Positions 60,751 to 64,000 of a stretch of DNA of 64,000 nt are shown piece by piece. The stretch spans positions 81,034,001 through 81,098,000 of the forward strand of contig CM060731.1 of the NCBI GenBank assembly GCA_030704615.1, given 5' to 3'. This stretch comes from Takakia lepidozioides. Lineage: Eukaryota > Plantae > Bryophyta. Numbering within the stretch: the stretch's first letter is position 1; the number at the start of each line of letters is the position of its first letter. The position numbers and the translations under genes are program-made. Below the pieces are notes generated by a model, which worked only from the letters and a program-made list of their open reading frames with translations, searched no databases and had not been told where the DNA came from.

Positions 60751-61833
60751 CCCTTAAGCTCCCAAGCCCTTTTTTGACATTTTACCAATTTTGGGTACCC
60801 AGTTGCAGTAAATTGCCCCTAGAAACCTACCAAAAATCATCCAGAGATTCCAGCCTTATAGCAATGGACCCAGCTCATTTATGCATGACATACCAAAAAA
60901 TGAGCCAAGTCCACCGTGGAAATTGTGAGATTATAACGTTGGCCGGGACCTCAAATATCAAGTCCCCAAAAAGAAGGGAGAAAGATATTGGTTTGACCAA
61001 ATCAAAACCTAGCTTTATCCAATTTTGCTTGCCCCAAGACCCACCATTTCCAAATCAATAGTGGAGTGGCTATGACCCCACTAAATTGCAGGTCCAACTG
61101 ATTTCACCTATGCTTGCTATGCATGCAATTACATGGGGGTTGAAATCTCAAAATTGACAACAGAAAATGTGCCTCCAAATGAAGTACTTTTTTTTCTACA
61201 AATTTTTTAATAGCCAATGGTGGGTGTGTGTATGCAATGCTCACACACCACAAGGTGACGTGCTTTTTCCAAAATTGCTAATTTTCTGCCAAAAATGGCC
61301 TTTGGAGTGGAATCTGTTTTGGGCTTGTTTACCTGCCACGTCAGCGGTCGACAAGCCCTTTTCAGGCCCCAAAACGTAAATGAGAGATCTAAGATATTTT
61401 TCGTAGGTCGTAGCTTTTGTTTTTTTTCTTAATTTTGTTTTTTGCATCATACTCGAGACGCTTTGGTCTGGCATATTACTTCAGCCAAAATCCCTTCATT
61501 ACTTTGCATGTCTGCAACTTCTTTCTTCCTTTCATCCTCACTCACTTCTTCTTCTCCATCAGAATCAGAGGAATCTGCCACAGGAATATCAGTACTCTTC
61601 TGCATTTATGGTATCTGTCACTTCCTTGTGCAGTTCCTTCTCATCTCTCCAAGCCTCATCATCTTCAGGCATATCATTGCCATCTTCATTATCATCATCT
61701 TCCTCAACTACTGGAGGTATTAGTTCCTTGTCATTAAAGCTTCAGGAGTGGCCCCATCAGATTAGATCTGCAAAAATTAGGTTGAACTGCAAATTCAAAG
61801 TGACCCGATTCAGGTCGCTTGGGAACTTAAGGG
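60751..61833. mobile_element. piggyBac-like non-autonomous DNA transposon, copy 2 (1083 bp), about 0.9 kb upstream of the EPSPS start codon
   Basis: TTAA at 60747-60750 and 61834-61837. TIRs CCCTTAAGCTCCCAAGC / GCTTGGGAACTTAAGGG. Carries an extra segment of about 260 bp (about 61461-61722) absent from copy 1. Confidence 0.85.
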
Positions 61834-62454
61834 TTAAGAGCAACGAATAATAAGCATGAGATTTGGTGTTTAATTCTTGTCAGGTGGTAATGGGCCGTGA
61901 TGATGTGTGTTATTAATTATATGTTTCGTATGATGGTTCTTTCTGAAATTTGCCTAAGTCCTTGTTCTTCTACGGCGGCGGACCTTTCGGCGGATTGAGT
62001 AGGCCCTCCAGCGGACTGGCAGGCGGCGGATCTTCCAGCGGACTCGGTAGGTGGAGGTGAACTCCAATTCGTTGGAGAGAGCTGGTTGGATACATGCCAT
62101 CATGAGAAAGCTGATATCAATGAGGAGAAGGGGATATGTGGTATATCTTGAGAATAAATAAAAATATACTATGGCGAAACGAAAATGATGTGCGAGTAAG
62201 TTATTTTGTGTTAGTTATTGTAGAAACTCTCAACTAATTCTATCAATTACTTGAAACTCTATTGGGGCAAATTTTTTTATCATGTTGTCATGGAGTTTAT
62301 GTGGGGTTATGTCACGTTGCTACTAAATGGTTTGAGAGAGATGATACTCAGCCTAGGCGTCGCTGAGCGTGGGCTGAGTTGGGTCGACCTGTCGCTCTGA
62401 ATATGTATCTATATATGTTTGTTTTAAATGATAATGCCTCCCCAAGGAAGTGTG

Positions 62455-62790
62455 ATATATATATATATATATATATATATGATACCTCCCAAAGAAAGCA
62501 TAAATTATGGCATCTCTTGATCCCGAAGGGATAATGCCTTTTAAAGAGAAGGTGGACATCTTTGTGACACCAATCAATGGAGTGAACCCACAACCACTTC
62601 CCAACTGGTGTGCCTATTACAACTTGGCTAATAGTAATATATGATATATAAAGAAGCATAAATTATGGTGTATCTTGACCCCAAAGGGCTACTGCCTTCC
62701 AGCAAGAACGTGGACACCTTTGTGACACCAATTAGTGGATTGATGTCAAAGGGGTATGTGCCCATTACCATTGGGCTACAACTTGGTTGA
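62455..62790 (-). mobile_element. Two head-to-tail tRNA-derived SINE copies
   Basis: Reverse complements of 37624-37802: about 62790-62645 (caaccaagttgtagcccaatggtaatgggcac...) and about 62630-62455 (ggttgtgggttcactcc...ggtgtcacaaag...ccataattta, then (TA)n). Confidence 0.75.
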
Positions 62791-64000
62791 CAAGTCTACA
62801 GACAATAAATGGTAAGGGGGAGGTCTTTAATACCAAACATTGTTCACACCAAGTGTTCTTGTAGCACACCCACCTTCAACCTAGCTATAAATCCCAACTC
62901 TAAAGTCAAATTTATCTTCCAATCCGGAGAACATTTTTTACTGCAAATGTTTCATTTTAACTCATGGTAAATCACCATTCAATTTTTGAACTGGACCTGA
63001 AGCCACCGTTTTTCTTACGGATAATCATCATGGGTGATACCCAGGTTGATGTTTCGACTGGAAAAGTGAACTCCGCGGCTAGCAACTTTTCGACTTCTGT
63101 GTCAAGTTAAATAAGCACAGTGTGAAAACAGCTAGAATAAAACTAGTTATTTGTATTTAACACTTGGATTTAGGTCAAGTGTTAAATCAGGTGTCAAGTT
63201 TAGTTTGACACCTGGTCTGTCTTATCTTCACGAGAGCGGCAGTCGCGCAGCTCATCTCTCTCGAGTTGAGCCTGCGCGACCGAGCTCCTGCATGCGTTTA
63301 GATCTGAGTGTACTCATGATGGGAGTGTAGGTTGTTGTGGGGTGGAGTCCCCATAGCTTGGGGTGCCCCTGGCTCGACTTCTATTATAAAGAGTGATAGC
63401 GATGGATTTCATATGTTTTGTGTCAACAGTGTCTCTATGCTTGTTTATCACTCGAGAGAGATGAGCTCTTACCTGTGAGTGCAAGGTAGGAGTTGAGGGT
63501 TAGCACTTGTACGATTACCTGTGTGTAAGTAGTGCTTGGTTTTAGAAGCTTAGAAAAAAAAAAAAAAACAAAATATGCAGGTTTCGATCAGCGTTGGTTC
63601 TGGCATGAGGCCGCCGGGCATGATGGAGCTACACTGCATGGAAGCAGCCTTCGTTTTGGTCGGTGAGGAGACATCGTGAGGCAGTACGCAGGCTGGTGGA
63701 GTGCATGGGTAAAGGATGCCAGAGCTGCGTAGTGGAGTGCGCCAACCCCGCTCTCCACCACAGGTGCCAGCAGTAGCTGCTGCATACCCTGAGGCCGCTC
63801 CCACCAGATGAGCCACTCCCCGGTGGCGCACAGTTGGTGCAACAGAGGAGGTTGCTCCAGTGCGAGATCATGTCAGAACGCGCGCTGCGAAGAGGCAGTG
63901 GTTGTTGTGACTAGGGTTGGGAGTTGAGGTAAGGGTACTGGGAGTGGGCGTGCCGCAAAGCAGACTCGGAATACAAAGGCTGTTGCTCAACCCAGGGCAG

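Overview
Eukaryotic, intron-rich land-plant genomic DNA. A non-seed plant such as a bryophyte is likely; this is inferred from the protein sequences and the degenerate miR393 site. Five multi-exon genes can be rebuilt by hand with GT-AG junctions and intact reading frames: an RCC1/UVR8-family protein (TCF1-like, minus, 7022-12910), a TIR1/AFB auxin receptor F-box (minus, 29873-33417), a secreted Cys-rich Expp1-like protein (plus, 43620-46302), a PP2C phosphatase (plus, 50571-51974) and EPSP synthase (minus, 53097-59820). There is also a probable small single-pass membrane microprotein exon at about 17915-18070. The intergenic DNA is a patchwork of transposon relics: copia RNase H, a hAT dimerisation domain, LINE fragments, tRNA-derived SINEs and a Harbinger-like repeat. 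The most unusual items are: (i) two copies of a TTAA-flanked, CCC-ended piggyBac-like element, one keeping an acidic transposase-like N-terminal remnant; (ii) two copies of a Mutator-like MITE carrying a tRNA-like Pol III A/B-box module next to tandem hairpin arrays; (iii) a 90-bp duplicated splice acceptor in the RCC1 gene that creates a stop-containing decoy; (iv) an auxin receptor with AFB4/5-type pocket residues and a uORF-rich leader. No database searches were possible, so family assignments are from motif recognition.
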